Origin: Deltaproteobacteria bacterium
GTDB lineage: Bacteria; Myxococcota_A; UBA9160; UBA6930
Direction: 5' to 3'
Assembly (NCBI GenBank): GCA_029261795.1
Contig: JAJDAP010000064.1
Coordinates: forward strand, 3,420-67,419
Length of the DNA: 64,000 bases
Both the position numbers and the translations under genes were made by a program. The notes under the pieces were generated by a model that saw only the letters and a program-made list of their open reading frames with translations, did no database searches and was not told the origin of the DNA. Below, in pieces: positions 38,966 through 49,991 of this stretch (position 1 is its first letter; each line of letters begins with the position of its first letter).

Positions 38966-39628
38966 TCAGTGGTTCTTGCGTCGCTGCTCGTCGTGTGGGC
39001 GATCCGGGAAGCAACCTGCAATTCTCTCGTGAGCCGAGTTCGAGGGGATATTGTGTCCCAGCTCCCAAGACCGAACTGTATTCGTGTGGACGCCCAGCAG
39101 GAGACCAAGGTCTCGCTGCGAGAGACCCTTGGCGAGTCGAGCTGCTCGTAGACGCTCCCCAAAGGAATCCCCGGAATCAGGCTCAGCGGGTATTCCCAAG
39201 AACCTCCTGAGACGAGCCTCCGAAAGTGGCGTTGGCTTCCTTCGGCCCGATTCCCAAGCCTGCCAGCTAGACTCGTCCACCCCTGCTTCGTCGGCTGCCT
39301 TCTCCTGAGAGAATCCTCGCAGTTGTCGGAAACTGGCCATGTGCTCCTTGAGCGTCTCACACTCTCGCTTCGGGCCTGGGTCGTAACCGAGGTAGTCGAC
39401 CGTCCGCCCACGTAGACCGATGGGTGGCACGGTCCGGTTCTTCTCCCAGTTGAGAATCGTCCAAGGACTCACCCCTAGTTTCTTCCCGAGATCCCCGTGG
39501 GTGAGACGCTCTTCGAGCCGCTTGGCCTTGATGTGATCTCCGAAGGTCTGAGGGCCATCCGGAAAGGGACCCGGAATCGGGCACTTACGGCTGACCCGCC
39601 TCGATGGCAAGAAGGCAACGCATCCATG
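38966..39628 (-). CDS. Triple XRE-HTH module, copy A, open from the att core
   Basis: Three cro/C1-type HTH repeats; frame begins HGCVAFLPSRR at the core; no conserved ATG. Confidence 0.8.
   Translation of the reverse strand, partial: HGCVAFLPSRRVSRKCPIPGPFPDGPQTFGDHIKAKRLEERLTHGDLGKKLGVSPWTILNWEKNRTVPPIGLRGRTVDYLGYDPGPKRECETLKEHMASFRQLRGFSQEKAADEAGVDESSWQAWESGRRKPTPLSEARLRRFLGIPAEPDSGDSFGERLRAARLAKGLSQRDLGLLLGVHTNTVRSWELGHNIPSNSAHERIAGCFPDRPHDEQRRKNH
39601..39628. repeat. attR-like site 1 (not followed by comM)
   Basis: TCGATGGCAAGAAGGCAACGCATCCATG, identical to 47071-47098; identity stops right after CCATG. Confidence 0.85.
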
Positions 39629-40320
39629 AGAACCTGCGAGGTGGAAGAACTGGAAGCGGGCGGGGATCCACGCCGCTCATTGTTAGGTCGATTCGAACTC
39701 GCGCTTCGGGCAACTGAGGTGGCGATCAAGGTACGCAGTACCTCACGCGGGCCACGGCCGGGTAGTTCGAAGACGGAGTCCCATTTGGATGTTTGGCGCT
39801 AGCGACTGCTACGCAGAAAGTACCTCCGCATCGAAACTAGGTCCTCTGCGTCGAGTTGAGCGCACAGACCCAAATGCTAGGGCGCTCAATGCCCATGCGC
39901 AGGGCCGGTGGAAACCGGTTCGAGAGGCGCCGCATCGCGAGGAGTTGTCGAAGTCTCTTCGGACTGGAGCTGCCGGCTCTCCCTCGGTTGAAGTCCCTCT
40001 GATTGTGGCAGGCCCAGGTTCGCCGACTCGATCTACGCAGCGGGCCGCCGTGCCAACCACGCCTCCTGTTCTGGACGATCAACGTGATGACTACGCCCGC
40101 TCGCTCCGCCAGTGACCCGAGCTCCGAAACCCGATCCCGATCTCAGCGGTCCAGCCCAATGGTGCGCCGCAGCGCGGATGCGCGCCGCCCGCGAAAACTC
40201 CTAGCCCAAATGGGTCAGAAGCTGTGCCCGGCTAGCTCTCCGCGAATTGCGCCGATCATTGAGCTACTCCGAGGTCGGGCGCCATGTTAGGGTCACGCCA
40301 ACCGATTTGGAGGCCTGTCG

Positions 40321-43119
40321 ATGAGTCGAACTCGGATCGCCGCAGCCGTTGCTGTCATCACGCTCGTGGCAGCAGTACCCGGATATGGAAGTCCCCGATC
40401 GGAGATCGATGAATCCGATTCAGTCGTTTCGGCGATTTGGTTCGAGCCGAACCATGGGCAGGCTCCAGCATCTACCCGATTCATCGCGCGTACGGGGCAG
40501 GTCCAGTATCACTTCTCGGAGGCCGGTCCCGTGATCCTGGCCTGGGATCCGTCGACGGAAGAGTTCCGGCCGATCACCCTTGAGTTCGCAGGGGCGAACT
40601 CGCCAGCTGCTGTCAACTCCAGCGACAAGCGGGACGGCGCCAGCAACTACTACGGCTTGGGTAGTCGAGGTGGAATCCTTGGCGTGCCTCACTACGGCCG
40701 CGTGCGTTACGAGAGCCTACTCCCTGGAATCGCCGCTTCCTTCTACGGAGCCGGAGCCGACCTGGAGTACGACCTGGAGCTCGAACCGGGAGTCGATGTG
40801 AGAGCGGTCCGGCTCCGCTTCGCGGGCGCCGATGCGACGCAGCTCGTTGGCGACCATGTGGTCGTTCGAACAGGAGGGGTGGAGCTCACGCAGAAGGCGC
40901 CGGTCGTCTATCAAGTCGACAGCCATGGTATGAGGTCGCAGGTCGCCGCCGGCTATTCCCTTCGAGACGGATGGCTCTCCTTTGAGGTCGACGCCCAGGC
41001 AATCGACGAAACGAAGCGGCTCGTGATCGACCCGGTGATCGAGTTCTCTCAATATCTAGGCAGCAGCGACAAACATGACACCCCCGCGCACCCAGGACTT
41101 GAGGTGGACGGCGATGGCAACGCGTTCGTACTCGGATACACCAAATCCACCAACTACATTCCGATCACTGGAGGTTCGACCCTCGCTGGCGCGCTGGACA
41201 TCGTCCTGACGAAGGTAAGACCAGATGGCTCGATCGCGTACTCCACCTACATCGGTGGGCCGGCGGACGATGCGGGTCATGCCCTTACGACGGACTCGCT
41301 CGGGAACGCCTACCTGACCGGATTCACCAAGTCGTCCACAGGCTTCCCTCACGATTACGATCTGCGTTCTACAGCGGCGTGCACCCGGCCCGGCGGCTGC
41401 AATCCGGCTGACCTCTACATGACGAAGCTGGACCCATCGGGCGTGATCGTGTTGTCGACGCTCATGGGCGGGGCGGATCGCGAAGAGGGCCAAGGAATCG
41501 TCATCGGGCCGGGTGGAGATATCTTCCTCACCGGAATCACAACCTCGGTCGACTTGCCGACTGGCAGTCCGTCCGGAAGTCCCTACCAGGATGTGTCTTT
41601 GGCGGGGTTCACCGGCGCCGGCTTCGTCATCAGGCTATCCGCGGGCGGTGATCAGCTCGTGTACTCGACGTATCTCTCCGGCAGTGGCGTGACGGTCGGA
41701 ACAGGGATCGCCGTCGATCCAGCTGGGAACGCGTTCGTGGCTGGGCAGACATTCGCAGCTGACTTCGTCGCCGGCGTGACCGCTCCGTCACCACTTCAGG
41801 CATCGTACGGCGGAGAAGGCGACGCGTTCGTGACTGGCCTCAACGCGACGGGGTCCGCGCTCATCTTCTCGACCTTCTGGGGCGGCGCTGGCCACGACTC
41901 CGCAAGGGACGTTGTCCTCGATTCGTCGGGGAACGTTGTCGTGGTAGGAGAAACGAAGTCAGCACTGCTGCCCCAACGAGACGCGGTGAAGACGCTCACG
42001 CCGGCGGAAATCCTGCCCAATGACCGCATTCCCCAGGACGGTTGGGTCACGGTCTTCTTGCCGGACGGAACCGACTATCTTACGTCAAGCTTCATCGGGG
42101 GAGCCAAGTCGGAGTGGATCTATGCGGTCGACGCGGACGCCTCGGGCAACCTCTACCTGGGGGGACAAACCTCGTCCACGAACTTCCCCGATCCGAGTAC
42201 AAATTTTCCGGTCGTCGATCAGATTCCAGGATCCTCTGCAACCACCCAGGAGAATGCGGAAGCGTTTGCAGTCAAGCTCGGCCCCCTTGGGAAGTCGGTG
42301 GTGTACGCGACACTGATCGGCGGAAGCCTCGGAGAGATCGGGCTTGGGATCGCGTCCAATGACGCCGGCTCGACGTGGCTCTCCGGCACTACCGCATCGC
42401 CCGATTTCCCAGGTGCCGTGACGGCGTGCCAGGGGGCGTGTCAGGGTCTCTCTGACATCTTTGTCGTAAAGATCGCTGACGGCGGCGCGCCGGACATCTT
42501 TGTTGCGCCCGATCCCGTCGATTTTGGCTCCGTCGCCCTCCCGGGCTCCTCGGACCTACTCCTCACGATCTCCAACCTTGGCCCGTTGGATCTCGAGATT
42601 ACTGACATCCAGCTCAACGACTTGACCAACGCGTTCTCGATCTCAGGGGCCACGGCAGCGACGATTCCACCGGATGGCTCCATTGACATCTCTCTGACCT
42701 TCGCCCCGACCAGCTTCACTCCATTCAGCGGAATCGTGACTATCGCTAGCGACGATCCCGATGAGAGTCTGCTCTCGATCGTGTTGTTCGGGACCGGCGC
42801 CGGGTCGGAGGACCCGCCACTCGACCAGATCGCGACGATCCTCGACTTCATTGACAGCTCGGTGGTTGACGGATCGCTCCAAGGCTCCGGGCCGAACTCA
42901 AATTCCGCTGCCAACCGCTTGGCCGCGCTGATCAATCAGATCGAAGCCGCCGGGGATCTGATCTCAGCTGGGATGACAGCCGAAGGCTGCGATCAACTGG
43001 TCGATGTTCTCAACAGGACCGATGGTGTACATCCACCACCTGACTTCGTCGGGGGCGATGCTGCCACCGTGCTGTTCCTGCTGGTCGACAATCTGATTGT
43101 TCAGGAGTGCTCACCATAA
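40321..43119 (+). CDS. Secreted SBBP-type beta-propeller protein with Ig-like and helical C-terminal domains
   Basis: Signal peptide; FEPNHGQ, LVIDP, repeated YSTYxGG / DxxGNAYxTG; PDIxV..DFG..SDDPDE domain. Confidence 0.85.
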   Translation: MSRTRIAAAVAVITLVAAVPGYGSPRSEIDESDSVVSAIWFEPNHGQAPASTRFIARTGQVQYHFSEAGPVILAWDPSTEEFRPITLEFAGANSPAAVNSSDKRDGASNYYGLGSRGGILGVPHYGRVRYESLLPGIAASFYGAGADLEYDLELEPGVDVRAVRLRFAGADATQLVGDHVVVRTGGVELTQKAPVVYQVDSHGMRSQVAAGYSLRDGWLSFEVDAQAIDETKRLVIDPVIEFSQYLGSSDKHDTPAHPGLEVDGDGNAFVLGYTKSTNYIPITGGSTLAGALDIVLTKVRPDGSIAYSTYIGGPADDAGHALTTDSLGNAYLTGFTKSSTGFPHDYDLRSTAACTRPGGCNPADLYMTKLDPSGVIVLSTLMGGADREEGQGIVIGPGGDIFLTGITTSVDLPTGSPSGSPYQDVSLAGFTGAGFVIRLSAGGDQLVYSTYLSGSGVTVGTGIAVDPAGNAFVAGQTFAADFVAGVTAPSPLQASYGGEGDAFVTGLNATGSALIFSTFWGGAGHDSARDVVLDSSGNVVVVGETKSALLPQRDAVKTLTPAEILPNDRIPQDGWVTVFLPDGTDYLTSSFIGGAKSEWIYAVDADASGNLYLGGQTSSTNFPDPSTNFPVVDQIPGSSATTQENAEAFAVKLGPLGKSVVYATLIGGSLGEIGLGIASNDAGSTWLSGTTASPDFPGAVTACQGACQGLSDIFVVKIADGGAPDIFVAPDPVDFGSVALPGSSDLLLTISNLGPLDLEITDIQLNDLTNAFSISGATAATIPPDGSIDISLTFAPTSFTPFSGIVTIASDDPDESLLSIVLFGTGAGSEDPPLDQIATILDFIDSSVVDGSLQGSGPNSNSAANRLAALINQIEAAGDLISAGMTAEGCDQLVDVLNRTDGVHPPPDFVGGDAATVLFLLVDNLIVQECSP

Positions 43120-43239
43120 TCAACAGCAGCGTTCCAGTCATTGCAACTCCCTTCGCCGGTAGCGTCCCCAAGTTCGGCCACGGGCGAGACGTTAGGGAGG
43201 CCTAAGTGAAGATGACAGTCTGCTTCGCCAGACTAACGC

Positions 43240-43324
43240 TCGCTGTGCCCGAGGAGTACGCGCACCAAGCCGCTTAACCGGAGAATCTCTCATTTCGAAT
43301 GACCCTACGTTGGGGGTCAGGTCC
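43240..43324 (+). repeat. IS3-like terminal remnant, inverted relative to the 15369 copy
   Basis: PEEYAHQAA* followed by CCGGAGAATCTCTCA...GTTGGGGGTCAGG. Confidence 0.65.
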
Positions 43325-43752
43325 GTCAGTCCGCGTCGTCGCTCGGTGCACGAAGCGAGAGGTTGCAGCCAGCGCTGACTCGTGGGAACCAGAGTAGGCA
43401 GCGGTGGCGAGCGGAGGCTTTGCGATGGTCGGGTGGTTAGTTCAGGTGAGGATGGCGACGTGCTCCGCCTGGCGCTCGACGAACTCGCGGCAGAGACCGA
43501 AGGGAAGCCGCCGCAACCTCGAGGTGCTGTGGTGCTTGTCCGCCTCAAGCGGGGGTTCCTCGACCAGAGGAAAGAGGTGCCGTGGGCCAAGAGCAAGGCG
43601 GGAGGACGCGTACTTTAGTCCTAGGTGGACAGGGTCTTCGTCCCGAGGTCCACTCGAGCACCCATCGGGTGCATCCGCGGCACCGACGAACGCGAGGCGA
43701 TCCTCCCGATACGGTGTGAACTCTTTCACACTGTTCCGCAGCCCGCGGTCGT

Positions 43753-45690
43753 ATGCTGGTTGATTCGGAGGAATGGCACATGGACCTGTCGATTCGTATC
43801 TCAACGCACTTCCGTCCGCTGCAGTTGGCTGAGGGGGTCGCGCTGGCGGTGGCGCTAGCCTCGGCGGCAGTTCTCTTCGGCGAGCTCCCGGCTTCCGCGG
43901 CCCCGATCGATTTCGTGCGCGTCGTAGATACGAACACAACGATCCCAGGCACAAGCGGGACGTTCAATCTCTTCGGAGGCCCCACGATTAGCAACACCTC
44001 CTCCGATGTGATCGGCTTCGAGGGTGCGGGCTCAACGACCAATGGCGTCTACCGTTCAGATGCGGGAGTGACTACCACGATCGTGGACTCCAACGACCAG
44101 ATCCCGGGAGGAACCCACAAATTTGCCGTTCACGGAGCTGGACCGTGGATCGATGGACCGGACTCCGTTTTCGCCGGAAGGGATCGGGTGGTGGGTCCGA
44201 CCGACGCCGGAATTTTCGCTGTCACGAACGGCACACTGTCAGCGGTGGTTCTCGCGACTGACACGACGCCTGCGGGCAGCCCGTACATCGGTTTCGTGGA
44301 CCGACCCTCCCTCGATGGCGGGCTCGTCGTCTTCGGGGCGACCTCGGGAAGTCCAGGGAACCCAGATCCCGGGATCTATGGCGCGACGGCAGGGCAGCCA
44401 AACTCTGTGTTCTTGGTCGCTGATGAGGGGACCGACATTCCCGATGGTAGTGGCAACAAGTACTTGGAATTCTCGTTGCGTCCGGTCGGCGCCGACAACA
44501 CCATTGCATTCCGTGGGCTCGGTCCCATGAGTGATGGCGTCTACACCTACGACGTGCCATCGGCCGAGCTGAGTATCGTGGCCGACACGGCCACTCCGGT
44601 TCCGGACGCGTACGGGTCCGACGGAATGGACACATTCGCCGCGTTCGGACAAGCCACGACCGACGCTGGCGACGTGGTGTTCATCGCTTCGGCACCAACC
44701 GGGGGACCCGGAATCTACGCGAAGATAGACGGCACGCTCAGACTCGTGGTGGACACCAACACCAAGGTTCCGGGCGGCGTTCCAACCACAACCTTCCTCA
44801 ACCTAGACAGCGGCCTCTTCGCGATCGATGACGGCGAAGTCCTGTTCCTCGCCAACGACACCAGCGGCGGGCGGGCCGCCTACCTGTACCGAAATCGGAA
44901 GATAGCTCGGGTCCTCGGAGTGGGCGATTTCCTCGACGGCGAGTTCGTTCTCGACATGGTCGTTCGCCCTGGGGGGCTCCGGGAGTCGACGGCCGCGGTG
45001 AGGGTGACGTTCGCGAGCTCGACAGCAATCTATCTCGTCACCGTCCCAAATCCAGAACCAGATATTGTCGTGTCACCCTTCTCACTTGACTTCGGAGACG
45101 TGGAACTTCCGGGTTCGAATGCGCTCATGGTGTCGATCTCGAATGTTGGAGCGCTGGATCTCGAGGTGATGAATATCGACTTCCAGATGGGGAGTAGTGG
45201 AGCATTCGCGTCCACCTCCGTGCCCAGCCCGGTCGTGGTACTAGCGCCAGGAGCATCCGCCGACGTTGGAATCACCTTCACACCAACCACCCTTGGCGTG
45301 TTCTCTGGCACTCTAGAGATCGGCAGCGATGACCCGGACGAAAGTCTTGTCGTAGTGGATCTCGTCGGGACCGGTGTGGTGTCCGATGACCCGCCCTCAC
45401 AGCAAATCATGGACATCCTGAACTTCATCGACGATTCGGTTGCGGCAGGAACACTTGAGGGGAGCGGTCCCGGTAGTTCCGGTACGGGTCGCCTGAACGC
45501 ACTGAAGAACCAAATTGAGGCCGCGGGCGATCTCTTCGGCGATGGACTCGTCGCCGAAGGCTGTGATCAGCTTCTGGATGCGCTGGAACGCACAGACGGG
45601 GAGTTTCCACCGCCGGACTTTGTTGAGGGACATGTCGCCGCCGAGCTGGAGTTGCTGATCGAGATTCTTCTCGACCAGGAATGCAGTTGA
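43753..45690 (+). CDS. Secreted repeat (propeller-like) protein with the same C-terminal module as 40321-43119
   Basis: Signal peptide; repeated (V/I)(V/A)DTxTxIP..GIY units; shared ~200-aa tail. Confidence 0.8.
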   Translation: MLVDSEEWHMDLSIRISTHFRPLQLAEGVALAVALASAAVLFGELPASAAPIDFVRVVDTNTTIPGTSGTFNLFGGPTISNTSSDVIGFEGAGSTTNGVYRSDAGVTTTIVDSNDQIPGGTHKFAVHGAGPWIDGPDSVFAGRDRVVGPTDAGIFAVTNGTLSAVVLATDTTPAGSPYIGFVDRPSLDGGLVVFGATSGSPGNPDPGIYGATAGQPNSVFLVADEGTDIPDGSGNKYLEFSLRPVGADNTIAFRGLGPMSDGVYTYDVPSAELSIVADTATPVPDAYGSDGMDTFAAFGQATTDAGDVVFIASAPTGGPGIYAKIDGTLRLVVDTNTKVPGGVPTTTFLNLDSGLFAIDDGEVLFLANDTSGGRAAYLYRNRKIARVLGVGDFLDGEFVLDMVVRPGGLRESTAAVRVTFASSTAIYLVTVPNPEPDIVVSPFSLDFGDVELPGSNALMVSISNVGALDLEVMNIDFQMGSSGAFASTSVPSPVVVLAPGASADVGITFTPTTLGVFSGTLEIGSDDPDESLVVVDLVGTGVVSDDPPSQQIMDILNFIDDSVAAGTLEGSGPGSSGTGRLNALKNQIEAAGDLFGDGLVAEGCDQLLDALERTDGEFPPPDFVEGHVAAELELLIEILLDQECS

Positions 45691-46456
45691 GACCGTCGTC
45701 CCCAGCCCCGCATGGCCATATTTCACTTTCAGCCAATCAGACCGGTCCACCCGTCGTCGCCGCAACGCGAAAGAGTTCCGAGACTTCACGTGCTGGAAAG
45801 CCGTAGCCGAGGGGCTCGCAAGGGGTCTCGGCAAGCTTGAGTGTGGTCTCTAGCGATGTTAGTCCAGAAACATTCGAAGCCGCCTCAAACCAACGCCTCT
45901 GAGTGTCTAGGAAACTGGGGGAAGTCCACTGAGGGTCTGCCCCTGTCCACGACAGCAAGGAAGTCATCCTCAGCTGGCTTCCGCGGACGCTGGATCCGGC
46001 GATATCCAGCTCCCGTCAGGAAACGCGTTCAAGCTTCCAACGGACCGGATCGCCTCTCTCGGATTTGGGGATTCAAAGACCTGCCTTCCCCTCCAGGTGT
46101 CGGACTGTCTTGCGACCATCGGTCGAGTCGTAGTGACTGATTGCAAGAACCCCGCATCCCACCGGGCTGCGCAGTTTCAACCCGTGCTGCAGAGCTTGTT
46201 CGAGTGTCGGAGTGGAGACGGTTTCCCGTTTGCCATCGGGCCGCTCTCGTGGCAGCCGCACGCGTTCGGAGCCCTATCAGGTTTGGGGTTCCCGCCCGGG
46301 AGGTGATCTCTGGAACTGCGGGTCGGAATAGCAGTAGGTGAGAAGTACCTCGGCTGCGTGAGGTCTCATGCAGCCGTCGGACCATTGCCCGGCCCGACGG
46401 CGGACACGATCACGGTCTGGCGAGTACGGGATACGTAGGTACGGTCGGAGTCTCCA

Positions 46457-47098
46457 TCAAGGCGCGTCCAGCTCCGGAAAGAGACCGACGAGCTGTCGAA
46501 GACGAATGGTGGACGGCTCATGGCGACCGGCCTCCCAGGCACAGACTTGGGTCGCTTGCGCTTCGAGAATCAGTCCTACTTCCTTTTGCGTAAGCCCCGC
46601 CGCGAGGCGAGCCGCCCGAAGCTGAGCTGAAAAAGACCCAGCTGGATCTGGAGTCGCCGGGAGACCAAGGAACGCCCTGAGTCGAGCGTCCGAGAGTGGC
46701 ATTGGCTTCTTCCGCCCTGACTCCCATGACTGCCAGGTTGTTTCGTCGATCCCGGCCTGGAGGGCCGCCTTTTCCTGAGACAGCCCACCCATCCGTCGAT
46801 ACTCCGCCATGTGCTCTGCGAGAGTTTCTGATTGCGACATTTGCTCAGGGTCGAAGCCGAGGAGGGCGACTATCCGCCCGTAGAAGTCGATCCGTGGTCT
46901 GGAATTTCCGTTCTCCCAGTTCAGAACAGTCCATTGATTCACGCCCAGCTTCTTCCCAAGCTGGGCGTGAGTGAGCCCCTCTTCCAGCCGCTTCATCTTG
47001 ATGTGATCGCCAAAGCTTTGGGGGCCATCCGGAAAGGGACCGGGAATCAAGCACTTACGGCTCACACGTCTCGATGGCAAGAAGGCAACGCATCCATG
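46457..47098 (-). CDS. Triple XRE-HTH module, copy B, open from the att core
   Basis: Paralog of 38966-39628; ORF-track residues upstream of HGCVAF are antisense comM. Confidence 0.8.
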   Translation of the reverse strand, partial: HGCVAFLPSRRVSRKCLIPGPFPDGPQSFGDHIKMKRLEEGLTHAQLGKKLGVNQWTVLNWENGNSRPRIDFYGRIVALLGFDPEQMSQSETLAEHMAEYRRMGGLSQEKAALQAGIDETTWQSWESGRKKPMPLSDARLRAFLGLPATPDPAGSFSAQLRAARLAAGLTQKEVGLILEAQATQVCAWEAGRHEPSTIRLRQLVGLFPELDAP

Positions 47099-47110
47099 CA
47101 AGTGCGGCTT
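47071..47110. repeat. attR site 2 (element arm + CCATG + comM arm)
   Basis: TGGCAAGAAGGCAACGCAT-CCATG-CAAGTGCGGC. Confidence 0.9.
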
Positions 47111-47570
47111 CTTCCAGTCCGGCGTCCGCGATTGCCGCTGCGACGAGGGATCCATCGCGAACTACAACGCCAAGCTATCCGGCCCGTTGCTCGACCGCGT
47201 GGATCTCCACGTCGCAGTACAGCCGGTTCCCTGGCGCGAACTCCAGTCGCCTAACATTCCCGGTATTGAAGAGGGTAGCGTCGCGGTCCGCCGCAGGGTC
47301 GAGAGGGCGCGCGTGGTCCAGACCGAGCGTCTCGAGCAGCTCGGTGTCGAGGCACGAATCAATGCAACCGTGCCCGTGGAGGCCCTGGACGCCGTGGTTC
47401 TTGCGTCCCCAGATGCGCGGGACTTGTTAGGCCGTGCCGTCGACAGGATCGGTCTCTCTGCGCGCGCCGCACACCGGACAATGCGCGTAGCGCGGACGAT
47501 CGCGGACCTCGCCGGCGAGCACCGCGTCGGCGAGACCCAGATGGCCGAGGCGATTGGATTTCGATCGTAG
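47094..47570 (+). pseudogene. comM: comM 3' half, copy 1
   Basis: PCKCG..CRC..YNAKLSGPLLDRVDL..LSARAAHR..RVARTIADL..EAIGFR. Confidence 0.92.
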
Positions 47571-47807
47571 GCATGTTCCAGCCATTCGATCCACGCCGCC
47601 GGCACGCTTTCACCCTCTCAGAACTCCGAATCGGGTCCGAGTCGAAGACGATCCGTGCCGGCAAGCCGTTCCTTCCATCGCGAGGTCCGCTGCAGACGAT
47701 CCGAAGTCTGTCCGGCAGCAACGTGCACTGGCCGTCTCGCTCCGCGTCGTGATTCCACCTCTGGATGTCCAGCGCTCGCGGCTGACGAGCGCTGTCCAGA
47801 GTGGACC

Positions 47808-49991
47808 CTAGTTCCCGTCGCTCGATGGCTCCCGGCAGAGCCGCGTTCCGACCCAGCTCCCAGTCGAGCCCTGCTCGATCAGGAATCTCGAAAACTCCTT
47901 TGCTGGAAGCGGCGGGCTGAGCAGGTACCCCTGGATTTCGTCGCAGTGGCGCCCCTCCAGGAAACGGAGCTGTGTCTCGTTCTCGATCCCCTCAGCAACG
48001 ACCCGCAAATTGAGGTCGCGGGCGATCGAAAGGATTGCGGCGGTGATCGTCTCGTCCTCACTACCCGTACCGATTCCGGCGGTGAACGATTTGTCGATCT
48101 TCAGGGTTTGGACCGGGAAGCGCTTCAGGTAGCTGAGTGATGAGTACCCGGTTCCGAAGTCGTCCAGGCTGATCCGGATGCCCCGTTCCCGGAGTTCTTC
48201 GAGCACAGCAAGGCTCTGCTCCTCGCTGTGGATCAGGGCCGTTTCGGTAATCTCCAGCTCCAGCATTCGGGGGTCAAAACCGGTTTCTCGAAGCACATCG
48301 TCAATCGTGGCTACGAGCCGATCGTCTCTCAGCTGGCGCGGCGAGAGGTTCACCGCCAGTCGGAAGTCGTCTAGTCCACCCGCCTGCCAGGCTCCGACCT
48401 GGCGGCAAGCCTTGCGCAAGACGCACTCTCCCAGCGCTGAGATCAGGCCCGTAGACTCCGCCATCGGGATGAACTCGTCGGGGTAGATCATGCCGCGCTC
48501 GGATGTGGTCCAGCGAACCAGTGCTTCGCACCCGGTGACGCGCCCGCTCGCGAGTTCCATCTTCGGCTGGTAGTAGACGACCAGCTCGTCCTCCTGGATC
48601 GCGTGCCGCAGCAACCCCTCGAGCTCCAGTCGCTCGAGCGCGTGCGCGTTGAGGGATTCTCGATAGTACTGGAAATTCGCACGGCCCCGTTCCTTGGCGT
48701 GGTACATCGCCAGGTCGGCGTTCCGGAGCAGGGACTCGTGGTCATCGCCATCGCTCGGCCAGACGGCGATCCCGATGCTGGCGGTGACCAGGACCTCGTG
48801 GCCCTCGAGGAGGATCGGACGAGAGATCGAGTCGAGGACTCGCCTTGCTACTCCACCGGCCTCGCTGGGATCATCCATACCTTCCAGGAGGACCGTGAAC
48901 TCGTCGCCACCCAGCCTCGAAATCATCACATCCGAGTTCTCCGCCGCGTTGCGCGCCACGCAGTCGCTCCCGCGGATACAGCTGATCAACTGGTCGGCGA
49001 CGTGTTGGAGCAGCTGATCTCCGGAGGAATGACCAAGCGTGTCATTGATTCGTTTGAAGTGGTCGAGGTCTAGAAAGAGGACGGCGAGCGACTTCTGCGT
49101 CCGGCGCTGACTCTGGATCGCGGATCCTAGCCGGTGTTTGAAGGCGGCACGGTTCGAGAGTCCCGTAAGGCTGTCGCTATACGCGAGGAACCGGATTCGC
49201 TCTTCCGCGTGTCTGCGGTCCGTGATGTCCTGGCTGAAGCCTTCCAGCGTGGAAGCCTTGCCGTCGGTTTGTCTGTGGACTCGGCCTTCGGTGTGAAAGA
49301 TGTACTCGGTTCCTTCGACCGCAACGACGCGGTGGTCAATACTGAAGACCGATCCCTCCCGGATTGTCTCGAGGACCAGGTCGGCCACGGCGGTGCGATC
49401 GCGAGGATGGATCCAATCGAGCAGGTCTCTCGCGAGCGGCAGCTCGGCTTGGCCCGGTAGCCCCGTCAGTTCCCGCAATCCGTCGGAACCCCAGGTTTCG
49501 CCCGACGCGAGGTCTATCTCCCAACTTCCCAATCGCGCGTAGCGTTGCACGTCGTCGAGGCGGATCTGTTGCGACCGCACCTCCTGGAAACTCTCACCGG
49601 CCCGCAGCATGTAACGGATGCGGTGCACCAGGAGCGTCCAATTGAGGGGCTTCGAGACGAAGTCCGTCGCGCCTACGTCGAACGCCTGCTCGATCGACGT
49701 GACGTCGTCCAGACCCGTGAGAATCAGGATTGGGACGTGCCGACCCAAGGGCGTGGAGCGAATCGCGTCACAGGCCCCGAATCCATCGAGACCGGGCATC
49801 TCGACATCGAGGAGGATGAGGTCAGGCTTGAAGTCAGTAAAGGCGACGATTCCATCTTCCCCGTTAGGCGCTTCCCCGACCTCGAAGCCCGCCGCGGTGA
49901 GTCGCTCGCATGCGACGAGACGGATCAGCGGATCGTCGTCGACGATCAGCAGTCGAGACGAGGGAGCGTGGCTGGATCCCATTCGGCTCAT
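47808..49991 (-). CDS. REC-PAS-GGDEF-EAL protein
   Basis: [32 protein letters not shown]; ATGA overlap with the kinase gene. Confidence 0.93.
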   Translation of the reverse strand: MSRMGSSHAPSSRLLIVDDDPLIRLVACERLTAAGFEVGEAPNGEDGIVAFTDFKPDLILLDVEMPGLDGFGACDAIRSTPLGRHVPILILTGLDDVTSIEQAFDVGATDFVSKPLNWTLLVHRIRYMLRAGESFQEVRSQQIRLDDVQRYARLGSWEIDLASGETWGSDGLRELTGLPGQAELPLARDLLDWIHPRDRTAVADLVLETIREGSVFSIDHRVVAVEGTEYIFHTEGRVHRQTDGKASTLEGFSQDITDRRHAEERIRFLAYSDSLTGLSNRAAFKHRLGSAIQSQRRTQKSLAVLFLDLDHFKRINDTLGHSSGDQLLQHVADQLISCIRGSDCVARNAAENSDVMISRLGGDEFTVLLEGMDDPSEAGGVARRVLDSISRPILLEGHEVLVTASIGIAVWPSDGDDHESLLRNADLAMYHAKERGRANFQYYRESLNAHALERLELEGLLRHAIQEDELVVYYQPKMELASGRVTGCEALVRWTTSERGMIYPDEFIPMAESTGLISALGECVLRKACRQVGAWQAGGLDDFRLAVNLSPRQLRDDRLVATIDDVLRETGFDPRMLELEITETALIHSEEQSLAVLEELRERGIRISLDDFGTGYSSLSYLKRFPVQTLKIDKSFTAGIGTGSEDETITAAILSIARDLNLRVVAEGIENETQLRFLEGRHCDEIQGYLLSPPLPAKEFSRFLIEQGSTGSWVGTRLCREPSSDGN

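Larger units (their letters stand above)
4815..47098. mobile_element. Serine-integrase island (~42 kb) inserted in comM; alternative right ends at 39628 and 58361
   Basis: CCATG core at 4815-4819 and 47094-47098; joining them restores in-frame comM (AANP-CKCG); integrase adjacent to attL. Confidence 0.9.

Noticed and set aside
39629-39760. Possible third, eroded comM 3' half after attR1 (RSLLGR...)
   Set aside because: Similarity too short to separate from chance
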